From sequence record MT684602.1: a stretch of 24,000 nucleotides of DNA; one strand, 5' to 3'. This stretch comes from Mycobacterium phage Rope. Below are positions 1 through 6,136 of the stretch, piece after piece. How positions within the stretch are numbered: the stretch's first letter is position 1; every line of letters begins with the position of its first letter. The notes under the pieces are model-generated. The model searched no databases, was not told the DNA's origin, and worked only from the letters and a program-made list of their open reading frames with translations. A program made the position numbers and the translations under genes.

Positions 1-251
1 TCTACGGCTGGAACGAGACCTTCGAGGTCATGGAGCTCGAGGGTCGTGTTCGCGATTACAATGTGCCCGTACGGGTCCCTGGAGTGTTCGGGGACACTGA
101 GGTCTGGGTTTCGGGTATCAAGGCCCGTACTCCAGAAGAGGCACGGGAACAGGTGCAGCGCATGACCGTTCAGGAAGTGCTGAACAACCTGTATCAATCC
201 GGTTACAGCATGCCGGAGTGGACCGTCGGCGATAGTACGCCGAGGGCCTAG
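1..251 (+). CDS. Hypothetical small phage protein, 5'-truncated by window edge (frame open upstream of the ATG at 30)
   Basis: Frame 3 is open from the window start (YGWNETFEVMELEG...), stop TAG at 249-251; followed by intergenic minihelix 1. Confidence 0.6.
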   Translation, partial: YGWNETFEVMELEGRVRDYNVPVRVPGVFGDTEVWVSGIKARTPEEAREQVQRMTVQEVLNNLYQSGYSMPEWTVGDSTPRA

Positions 252-265
252 CCCAAAGCAGGGCA

Positions 266-305
266 GGGTGACTGGCAGACATCAGGGTTCGAGTCCCTGA
301 CACCC
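266..305 (+). ncRNA. tRNA-like minihelix element 1 (acceptor/T-arm only)
   Basis: GGGTG-ACTGGCAGACA-TCAGGG-TTCGAGT-CCCTGA-CACCC; 5 bp + 11 nt + 6 bp + 7-nt T-loop; then hairpin GCCGTAG-GCGTT-CTACGGC and RBS GAGGATGG. Confidence 0.8.
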
Positions 306-350
306 ACAAAGCCGTAGGCGTTCTACGGCCTAGCAAGAGAGGATGGAACA

Positions 351-584
351 ATGCCGCTACCAAGGGGGTTCAAGTTCATACGCTGCCCCGAATGCAAACG
401 CAAAGGTGTGTCATGCAGATTCAGCGGGCGAACCGGGGAGGACTACTGGCGATGCCGCTACTGCAGCTGGTACTGCTATGCAGGAGGGGAGGACCGGATT
501 GACGTTGAGCGTCTACGAGCACTTGCTGCAGCCAATCCCGGTGAGCCTATATGGGTTACAGCACTGGACGATGACACACTGTAA
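351..584 (+). CDS. Small zinc-ribbon-like protein (CPEC...CRYC)
   Basis: ATG preceded by GAGAGGATGGAACA; protein MPLPRGFKFIRCPECKRKGVSCRFSGRTGEDYWRCRYCSW... has paired CxxC motifs. Confidence 0.75.
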   Translation: MPLPRGFKFIRCPECKRKGVSCRFSGRTGEDYWRCRYCSWYCYAGGEDRIDVERLRALAAANPGEPIWVTALDDDTL

Positions 585-590
585 CGGCAA

Positions 591-630
591 GCCTGACTGG
601 AAGGCACCGACGTTCGAGCCGTCGGCAGGC
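591..630 (+). ncRNA. tRNA-like minihelix element 2
   Basis: GCCTG-ACTGGAAGGCA-CCGACG-TTCGAGC-CGTCGG-CAGGC; followed by AAGCC-ACTAT-GGCTT hairpin and AAAGGGGATGG RBS. Confidence 0.8.
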
Positions 631-673
631 GCGGGCTAAGCCACTATGGCTTGCAACAAAGAAAGGGGATGGA

Positions 674-1036
674 ATGCAACACATCATCGCTGTATCGGGC
701 AATGACCTTGCGTACGTTCGCAAGCTTGCGCTATCGGCGTTTCAAGAGGCCGGTCAAATTGGCGTACTACGCATTTACATTACCGATGACGGTAAGCTCA
801 TGTTTGGAGCACGGGGTCATGTAACCAAAGTAGTTGGTAGGCCCATTAAGGCTTCCGATGAAGAGCGCGAAATGGGTTTGAGTGCTCCAAGCGGAAATCC
901 GTACGCCAACATTGACGACGATGAAGATGCGCAAGATGCTGCTGAGGCAGTAGGCCATTCGCTGGAAGAGCGTGTTGCACACCTGGAGGAATTGATCAAG
1001 GGCGTTGTCGTGATCAACAACCTCTCAAAGTCCTAG
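674..1036 (+). CDS. Hypothetical protein, 120 aa
   Basis: ATG preceded by GAAAGGGGATGGA; acidic centre DDDEDAQDAAEA. Confidence 0.8.
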   Translation: MQHIIAVSGNDLAYVRKLALSAFQEAGQIGVLRIYITDDGKLMFGARGHVTKVVGRPIKASDEEREMGLSAPSGNPYANIDDDEDAQDAAEAVGHSLEERVAHLEELIKGVVVINNLSKS

Positions 1037-1048
1037 CAGCGCTAGGCA

Positions 1049-1091
1049 GCCGGCCACGGTTGGGTAATAGTGGTTCGAGTCCACTACCGGC
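1049..1091 (+). ncRNA. tRNA-like minihelix element 3 (14-nt linker variant)
   Basis: GCCGG-CCACGGTTGGGTAA-TAGTGG-TTCGAGT-CCACTA-CCGGC; then hairpin AAGGCAAC-AACCCC-GTTGCCTT. Flanked upstream by CCTAGC-AGC-GCTAGG hairpin. Confidence 0.75.
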
Positions 1092-1139
1092 ACGAAGGCA
1101 ACAACCCCGTTGCCTTACATCAAGATTCGAGGATGGAAC

Positions 1140-1541
1140 ATGAAACGTAATGTGAAAGAGGTCGTGGTTGCATTTCTTGTGACCATGGGCCTGTTCTTCG
1201 CTCTCGCAGCAATCCACAATGCAGCCGTAACCAATGTGGCCAAGGCAGACCCAGGTGTTGGCTGCGAGACAATTCGTTGGGGTTTCCTAGGAAGCCAAAG
1301 GCGCACCATTTGCGACGGGCCGCGCAGGTCTGACGGCAGCTGGGAGCGTTTGCGCCTGATCTGGACGCCAGCGGGTTACGTGCCACGCTACACCTACTGC
1401 GGTAGCTACACATGCTCTTCCAGCGGTGGCTACTACCGGGAGGAGACGCTTCAAGGCAAGGAAACGTATGTGGTGTTTGACCACAACGTGCTGCCCGATG
1501 AGCCGGGTTGGCTGCCACCGGGAACGGACATTATCCGATGA
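1140..1541 (+). CDS. Secreted or membrane-anchored hypothetical protein with N-terminal signal/TM segment
   Basis: RBS GAGGATGGAAC before ATG 1140; hydrophobic VVVAFLVTMGLFFALAAIHNAAV followed by KADP; Cys-rich, C-terminal NVLPDEPGWLPPG resembles small secreted proteins of mycobacteria (recalled resemblance, not searched). Confidence 0.75.
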   Translation: MKRNVKEVVVAFLVTMGLFFALAAIHNAAVTNVAKADPGVGCETIRWGFLGSQRRTICDGPRRSDGSWERLRLIWTPAGYVPRYTYCGSYTCSSSGGYYREETLQGKETYVVFDHNVLPDEPGWLPPGTDIIR

Positions 1542-1720
1542 GAGACTGCAGCGAGCACGGAACCAATAGCAACGTATGCGATTTCGCTGGCTGCTTTGGC
1601 CCGGCAAAACCGTACCGTTGCATCTGTGGTGACTTCAAAACGGATTCCCCGAGAGTACTAGACGTGCATATCCTCTGGGCCAATAGGTTCAGGGCCAGTG
1701 TGGAGCACGGCTGGCCGTAG
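1538..1720 (+). CDS. Small Cys-rich hypothetical protein
   Basis: ATG 1538 overlaps the TGA of the upstream gene (ATGA); MRDCSEHGTNSNVCDFAGCFGPAKPYRCICGDF... may bind zinc. Confidence 0.65.
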   Translation: MRDCSEHGTNSNVCDFAGCFGPAKPYRCICGDFKTDSPRVLDVHILWANRFRASVEHGWP

Positions 1721-1728
1721 CAACAAGA

Positions 1729-1768
1729 GCCGCAATGGCATACACCCAGGTTCGAGTCCTGGGGCGGC
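1729..1768 (+). ncRNA. tRNA-like minihelix element 4
   Basis: GCCGC-AATGGCATACA-CCCAGG-TTCGAGT-CCTGGG-GCGGC; followed by weaker hairpin CCTGAGC-AATCG-GCTTGGG and AAAGAGGATGG RBS. Confidence 0.8.
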
Positions 1769-1814
1769 ACGAGTCCTGAGCAATCGGCTTGGGGCACTAT
1801 GAAAGAGGATGGAA

Positions 1815-2036
1815 ATGCGAGTAGCAGATGCAGTGAGGAAGACCTCTGGCATTCATCGGCTCAAGGTGGGCGAGATGTTCACCGACGAGGATGGCAACTG
1901 GGAGGTTGTCAGAAAACCTGTGGTATATCGGGATGCGGTCGTGGTGTACCTTCGACCTGTGCCGTTCCACGAAGGCCAGCGAGCAAGGGCCTATCGATAT
2001 CCCCTAGGGACACAGGTGAAGATGCTGCGCAAGTAA
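1815..2036 (+). CDS. Hypothetical protein, ~73 aa
   Basis: AAAGAGGATGGAA before ATG 1815; MRVADAVRKTSGIHRLKVGEMFTDEDGNW... Confidence 0.75.
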   Translation: MRVADAVRKTSGIHRLKVGEMFTDEDGNWEVVRKPVVYRDAVVVYLRPVPFHEGQRARAYRYPLGTQVKMLRK

Positions 2037-2078
2037 AGCTCCGCTATGACGATGGGGATTGTGTCAAGTAGAGCGGTG

Positions 2079-2146
2079 CCCTGTAACGGTTTTGGCTTCC
2101 TAACGGGGAAGATAGGAAGACAACGAGGTTCGATTCCTCGGCAGGG
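2079..2146 (+). ncRNA. tRNA-like element 5 (extended variant: acceptor + internal arm + T-arm, no D arm)
   Basis: CCCTG(2079-2083)/CAGGG(2142-2146); CTTCCTA/TAGGAAG arm (2096-2102/2113-2119) with 10-nt loop; CGAGG-TTCGATT-CCTCG T-arm; followed by CAGGCC-ATTTGG-GGCCTG hairpin and AAAGGGGATGG RBS. Confidence 0.6.
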
Positions 2147-2189
2147 GCGACGGCAGGCCATTTGGGGCCTGTCCAGAAAGGGGATGGAA

Positions 2190-2606
2190 ATGCGTACGTT
2201 TACCTTTGGGACCCAGTATGTCCCAGAGACAAAGGCAGTCCTGAAGTGGGGCAAGTACGCCGACGGCAGCACTGCACTACGTGTTGTGTCGGAGTACGGT
2301 GAGCCTCTGGCTACGGCCACAGTCTGCCTGCGCAACTACAACCTTCAGCCGGGTGAAGGCAACGTCTTCATCCACGGGGACTACAGCGAACATGTCGGAG
2401 TGTTCGAGGCCCTGCGGAAGGCCGGGATTGTCGGTGACCCTGTGAACCGAATTCCCATGGGAGGCTTTGGCGCTTTCGCGTACGAGGCTCCCCTGCTGTG
2501 GAGCGAGCACGAGCCAACCTGTGAGGGTATGGCAGACGTAGACTACCACACCCAAGTTGATGCCATGCTCGAACGAGTGGCACAGCAGAACAACAAGTCC
2601 CAGTAG
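2190..2606 (+). CDS. Hypothetical phage protein, ~138 aa
   Basis: AAAGGGGATGGAA before ATG 2190; MRTFTFGTQYVPETKAVLKWGKYADGSTALRVV... Confidence 0.8.
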   Translation: MRTFTFGTQYVPETKAVLKWGKYADGSTALRVVSEYGEPLATATVCLRNYNLQPGEGNVFIHGDYSEHVGVFEALRKAGIVGDPVNRIPMGGFGAFAYEAPLLWSEHEPTCEGMADVDYHTQVDAMLERVAQQNNKSQ

Positions 2607-2614
2607 ACTGGGCA

Positions 2615-2654
2615 GCCCGAAAGGCATACACGCTGGTTCGAGTCCAGCGCGGGC
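2615..2654 (+). ncRNA. tRNA-like minihelix element 6
   Basis: GCCCG-AAAGGCATACA-CGCTGG-TTCGAGT-CCAGCG-CGGGC; followed by CGCCA-TAG-TGGCG hairpin and AAAGGGGATGG RBS. Confidence 0.8.
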
Positions 2655-2696
2655 ACGAGCGCCATAGTGGCGTATCAAGAAAGGGGATGGACTGAG

Positions 2697-2903
2697 TTGC
2701 ATAGAGAAACGGAATTCGTGCTCGCCCGCGAGCTCAGTGATGGCAGCCTACCTCACATGCCACCGGCAGATGAGCTGCCACATCGTGGCCGAATCACAAG
2801 GATTCTCAACGACTCTGGGGTGTTGACAATCGAGTGTGAGGACGGTATGCTCAGCCGAGGGATGAACGCCCCGGTTGAGCGGTACAAGAGGGAGGCGCAG
2901 TGA
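2697..2903 (+). CDS. Small hypothetical protein, TTG start preferred over the track's 2667 GTG
   Basis: AAAGGGGATGG at 2680-2690 is well spaced from TTG 2697; the 2667 start lies inside the intergenic hairpin. Confidence 0.65.
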   Translation: MHRETEFVLARELSDGSLPHMPPADELPHRGRITRILNDSGVLTIECEDGMLSRGMNAPVERYKREAQ

Positions 2904-3025
2904 ACAAACTGCGAAAGTTGTTGCGAGCCTACAGAGTTTCGCAGCACAGACGCCGGCTGAATGACGAAGCCCATATCGCTTGGGCCAGATCACTACTGGC
3001 AGAACGTGAACGACCGGCAGACTAG
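2900..3025 (+). CDS. Small hypothetical basic protein, 41 aa (VNKLRKLLRAYRVSQHRRRLNDEAHIAWARSLLAERERPAD)
   Basis: GTG 2900 overlaps upstream TGA (GTGA); minihelix element 7 begins 12 nt after its stop, as for neighbouring genes. Not in ORF track (too short). Confidence 0.5.
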   Translation: MNKLRKLLRAYRVSQHRRRLNDEAHIAWARSLLAERERPAD

Positions 3026-3037
3026 TACAGCACAGGA

Positions 3038-3077
3038 GTCCGACTGGCAGACATCAGGGTTCGAGTCCCTGACGGAC
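3038..3077 (+). ncRNA. tRNA-like minihelix element 7
   Basis: GTCCG-ACTGGCAGACA-TCAGGG-TTCGAGT-CCCTGA-CGGAC; shares 32 identical nt with element 1 (3042-3073 vs 270-301) while the outer stem differs and still pairs; then ACTTGGAG...CTCCAAG hairpin and AAGAGGATGG RBS. Confidence 0.8.
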
Positions 3078-3135
3078 ACGACTTGGAGCCACGAGGGAGA
3101 CTCCAAGCACCACAACAGAAAGAGGATGGGAAACA

Positions 3136-4332
3136 ATGGGCGCAGAAACCATGGAGTGGTACAACAACTTCTGCCTGATCGGGCACACCAATCAGCGTGG
3201 AAAGAGTTGGCACTATATGGAGTCCATGCAGGGAGAGGAGCCGAATCATTACCCCGAGGGCATCCCGTATGACGATGTTGTACGGCGGCTATTCAATTGG
3301 AAGCCGATGCTTACCCGTACGGCAAACATGATTCCATGTGAGTTGCTACGGGATGAGGCAGGACAGCCCTTGACCGACGACCAGGGACGCCGTCGCTACG
3401 AACCTGAACCGTCAGTATGGGTTCAGCGTATGGACAGCAACGGCAACCCAGTGTTCCACGAGGGCCGTCCGGTCAACGTTCCCATGAAACTGGTAGAGGT
3501 CCATGACAAACGGGGCCTGGTCCGTAGCGACAACTACCTGGAGCTGGGGCACCCCGGCAAGAACTACAAGATCCACGACTATGAGGAGTGGCTCTTGCAG
3601 TTGTTATCCAACGTGATTGGGGACACTCTCGACATCTGGTCAGCAATCCTGTTGCGCAACGGCGCTCAGGCCTGTGTCCAGGTGGCTCTTCCTGAGACGG
3701 CTCACGACAGCACGACCGGAATGGACTTTGTTCCATACGTTCACTGCTACACGAGCCTAGACAGTAGTCTGGCTACCACTTTCGCTGGCCAAACGTTGTT
3801 GATCGTGTGCGACAACACGATGACGGCGGCCAACGCAAGGGCAGCCAAGACAGGGCGACAGTACAAGGCACGTCACACGTCCGGAAGCCTTGAGACCCAC
3901 AAGATCTCTGAGGTCCGGCAAGCCCTGTCGATCATTCACCAAACCGCAGACAGCTCTATGGAGTTCTTCCACAAGCTGGCTGCCATTGAGGTTCCGAACA
4001 AGAAGTGGGTTGAGGTGCTAGACATCATCATCCCACCGGGTGACCCAAAGAAGGACAGTGTCCGCACCATTCGTGGTCGGGAGTCCAAGAGGGAGCACCT
4101 GAACAGCGTGTATCAAAGTGACCCTATGGCGAATACCTGGAAAGGTACTGGCCTTGGGGTGGTACAGGCAATCAACACCTATGCAACCCACTACGCACCG
4201 CTGCGCGGTCGTTCCCGTGTTCAGGGCAACGCTGCCAAGCTGGTGGACGGTGAGTTCGCCAAGGTGGACAGCAAGAGCGTGCAGGCCCTTGCTCAAGTGA
4301 TGGAAATGCCAGAGTTGTTGGGCTCCAACTAG
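3136..4332 (+). CDS. DUF932-family (phage/plasmid-like TIGR03299-type) protein
   Basis: 398 aa; GLVRSDNYLELG...; DSSLATTFAGQTLLIVCDNTMTAANARAAKTGRQYKARHTSG... resembles DUF932 proteins (family recognition from sequence memory). Confidence 0.75.
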   Translation: MGAETMEWYNNFCLIGHTNQRGKSWHYMESMQGEEPNHYPEGIPYDDVVRRLFNWKPMLTRTANMIPCELLRDEAGQPLTDDQGRRRYEPEPSVWVQRMDSNGNPVFHEGRPVNVPMKLVEVHDKRGLVRSDNYLELGHPGKNYKIHDYEEWLLQLLSNVIGDTLDIWSAILLRNGAQACVQVALPETAHDSTTGMDFVPYVHCYTSLDSSLATTFAGQTLLIVCDNTMTAANARAAKTGRQYKARHTSGSLETHKISEVRQALSIIHQTADSSMEFFHKLAAIEVPNKKWVEVLDIIIPPGDPKKDSVRTIRGRESKREHLNSVYQSDPMANTWKGTGLGVVQAINTYATHYAPLRGRSRVQGNAAKLVDGEFAKVDSKSVQALAQVMEMPELLGSN

Positions 4333-4340
4333 TCTGGTGC

Positions 4341-4380
4341 GGGTGACTGGCAGCCACCGGGGTTCAAGGCCCCGGCACCC
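4341..4380 (+). ncRNA. tRNA-like minihelix element 8
   Basis: GGGTG-ACTGGCAGCCA-CCGGGG-TTCAAGG-CCCCGG-CACCC; same 5/11/6/7/6/5 geometry, loop keeps the T-loop A58 equivalent. Confidence 0.75.
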
Positions 4381-4401
4381 ACTTAGTAGGATGGGGCAGC
4401 A

Positions 4402-4457
4402 GCCGTGGGTTACTAGCCTGAGCATCTCAGTGTTAGTCCTACGGCTATCTCATTTTT
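4402..4457 (+). terminator. Candidate rho-independent terminator at end of the small-gene array
   Basis: GCCGTGGG (4402-4409) pairs CCTACGGC (4438-4445) with inner ACTA/TAGT and CTGAG-CAT-CTCAG; TATCTCATTTTT follows (T5 at 4453-4457, offset 7 nt from the stem). Confidence 0.5.
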
Positions 4458-4458
4458 C

Positions 4459-4487
4459 GTGCCAAGCAGGCTCTCGTGTGTTATGAT
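4459..4487 (+). promoter_or_regulatory. Candidate sigma70-type promoter upstream of 4554 gene
   Basis: GTGCCA (4459-4464), 17-nt spacer, TATGAT (4482-4487); placed directly after the terminator candidate. Confidence 0.45.
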
Positions 4488-4553
4488 CCGGAGCAGGGTT
4501 AGGGCCTAGGCCCGATGCCCTAGACTCCCTACGGAACACACAGAGGATGGCCC

Positions 4554-5132
4554 ATGGCATTACCAGCCGAGGAACCAGTTATTAAGGCAATGAAGATTGC
4601 CGTTACAGCGAAACGCAATAACTGGCATGGCAATATCGAGGCCCCGTTGGTGGACGGGATTCGCCACACAACAGTGATCGCAACCAGAAACGATGAGAGG
4701 CTGGAGGTTTCATACAAAGGCAACGCATATGAAGCTGGAGAGTACCGGATCTTCGACCGTCGTCAAAACCTACACTGTGCCAGCGTAGCTTTAGAGAAGG
4801 TTGAGGGGTGGCCGGACATCCTGGACTTGTTCAAGGCGTTCCCCAATAAGAACAAACCCAATCTAGTAGAAACATATCGCCGGCTGCCATTCGATGAACA
4901 TACGGACACACCGGAATTCATCATGGAGCAGATGATCGGCCGTCAGCTGTTCTGGTTCTCGCACGAGTACAACAGGCTGGACTTTGACGTAGTCCTGCAA
5001 CCTCGCAAGAGCAACTCAAAGAACTTTCGCATAGCGCCAGTAGGCCATCGGAAGATCTTTCACTTCATGGGAGCCAAGGCAGGCTTCCGTTCTGTCATTC
5101 TCGACACAATCATCAAGGTAGGCAACGCATGA
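4554..5132 (+). CDS. Hypothetical protein, 192 aa
   Basis: CAGAGGATGGCCC before ATG 4554. Confidence 0.8.
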   Translation: MALPAEEPVIKAMKIAVTAKRNNWHGNIEAPLVDGIRHTTVIATRNDERLEVSYKGNAYEAGEYRIFDRRQNLHCASVALEKVEGWPDILDLFKAFPNKNKPNLVETYRRLPFDEHTDTPEFIMEQMIGRQLFWFSHEYNRLDFDVVLQPRKSNSKNFRIAPVGHRKIFHFMGAKAGFRSVILDTIIKVGNA

Positions 5133-5773
5133 CCGCAGTGTATCCCAACGACGTAGACGCTGTACTGGATCAGTGCATCCCGGAAGACAAGGCCCTTAAA
5201 GAGGCCCGGGAGTACGCCTCTGACATGGAGCTTCCGGACATTGCTGTATCCGTGCAGCAAGCGAAGTTCCTTGAGCTGTTAGCTCGTACAGCCAAGGCCA
5301 AGAACGTCCTAGAGATCGGCACACTGGCAGGCTACAGCACCATTGCCCTAGCCCGCGCCGTCGGGGAGGACGGGTACGTGACCACCGTGGAGTATGAGCC
5401 ACGGCACGCCAAGGTTGCACATGCGAACCTGTATCACGCTGGAATCCACCACAGAACCAGTGTGTTGGTAGGGGATGCACACGACATCTTGCCCAAGCTG
5501 GAGCCAAACTCGTTTGACTTCATCTTCATTGACGCCGACAAGGAGTCCAACGAGGCTTACTTCAAGTACGCGTACGGCCTTGGCACAGAAGACGTTACCG
5601 TGGTGGTGGACAACGTTATTCGTGACGGCAGGGTGCTGGACCCTAGCAGGCCGGACAAGCGGGAATTCATAGAGTTCCTCGGCCGTCAGCCTGCATTTGA
5701 CGTATCCGTTATCCAGACAACGGGTTCCAAGGGCTGGGACGGGTTCGTGCTGGCCAAGCGAAAGGTGATGTGA
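5129..5773 (+). CDS. Class I SAM-dependent O-methyltransferase (family 3 / COMT-like)
   Basis: KNVLEIGTLAGYSTIALARAVGEDGYVTTVEYEPRHAKVA..., DFIFIDADKESNEAYF, VVVDNVIRDGRV are characteristic of this family. Confidence 0.85.
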   Translation: MTAVYPNDVDAVLDQCIPEDKALKEAREYASDMELPDIAVSVQQAKFLELLARTAKAKNVLEIGTLAGYSTIALARAVGEDGYVTTVEYEPRHAKVAHANLYHAGIHHRTSVLVGDAHDILPKLEPNSFDFIFIDADKESNEAYFKYAYGLGTEDVTVVVDNVIRDGRVLDPSRPDKREFIEFLGRQPAFDVSVIQTTGSKGWDGFVLAKRKVM

Positions 5774-5916
5774 TGGCTCGTCTACTAACAATCCACATTC
5801 AGACTCAACGTAGGGACCGTACGGTTGTCGCCAAGATGACACGGTGCCAGTGCCTCAAGGCTGCTTGTATCATGGTCTGGGCTGCGCTCACTGGAGATTC
5901 GGAGAACCACGAGTGA
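5773..5916 (+). CDS. Small hypothetical protein, 47 aa
   Basis: ATG 5773 overlaps upstream TGA; MARLLTIHIQTQRRDRTVVAKMTRCQCLKAACIMVWAALTGDSENHE; GTGA overlap with next gene. Below track length cutoff. Confidence 0.45.
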   Translation: MARLLTIHIQTQRRDRTVVAKMTRCQCLKAACIMVWAALTGDSENHE

Positions 5917-6128
5917 ACACAGTGGAGCTCAGGCTAGCAGCAGGCGCGAAAGGCGTAGTGGTAGTAGAGCGTTCGGACGGGGAAGAGAAGGGGCACACTG
6001 CCGTTCCCACTGACGACTGGATGCAGTTGCGTCAAAAGGTCATGGAGCACTATGATCTTAGCAAGGCCACCCGTGTGGACTGCACCAACATCATTACCGC
6101 TCTTACTGCGGCTCTAGAAGATAGGTAG
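5913..6128 (+). CDS. Small hypothetical protein (VNTVELRLAAGAKGVVVVERSDG...)
   Basis: GTG 5913 overlaps upstream stop; same frame as track ORF 5844-6128. Confidence 0.6.
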   Translation: MNTVELRLAAGAKGVVVVERSDGEEKGHTAVPTDDWMQLRQKVMEHYDLSKATRVDCTNIITALTAALEDR

Positions 6129-6136
6129 GTTTTAGG

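Noticed and set aside
118-639. Antisense or alternate-frame ORFs 118-363 (-) and 343-639 (+)
   Set aside because: They overlap better-supported genes and element 1/2; the 343 start lies in the RBS of the 351 gene.
2961-3272. Track ORFs 2961-3272 (+) and 3022-3249 (-) spanning minihelix element 7
   Set aside because: They cross a conserved RNA element and the start of the DUF932 gene; translations are low-complexity and lack RBS support.
266-4380. Interpretation of the TTCGAGT sites as ordinary full-length tRNA genes
   Set aside because: Only 11 nt (14 in one case) separate the outer stem from the T-stem, so D and anticodon arms cannot exist in eight of the nine; the ninth (2079-2146) has an arm with a non-anticodon 10-nt loop.
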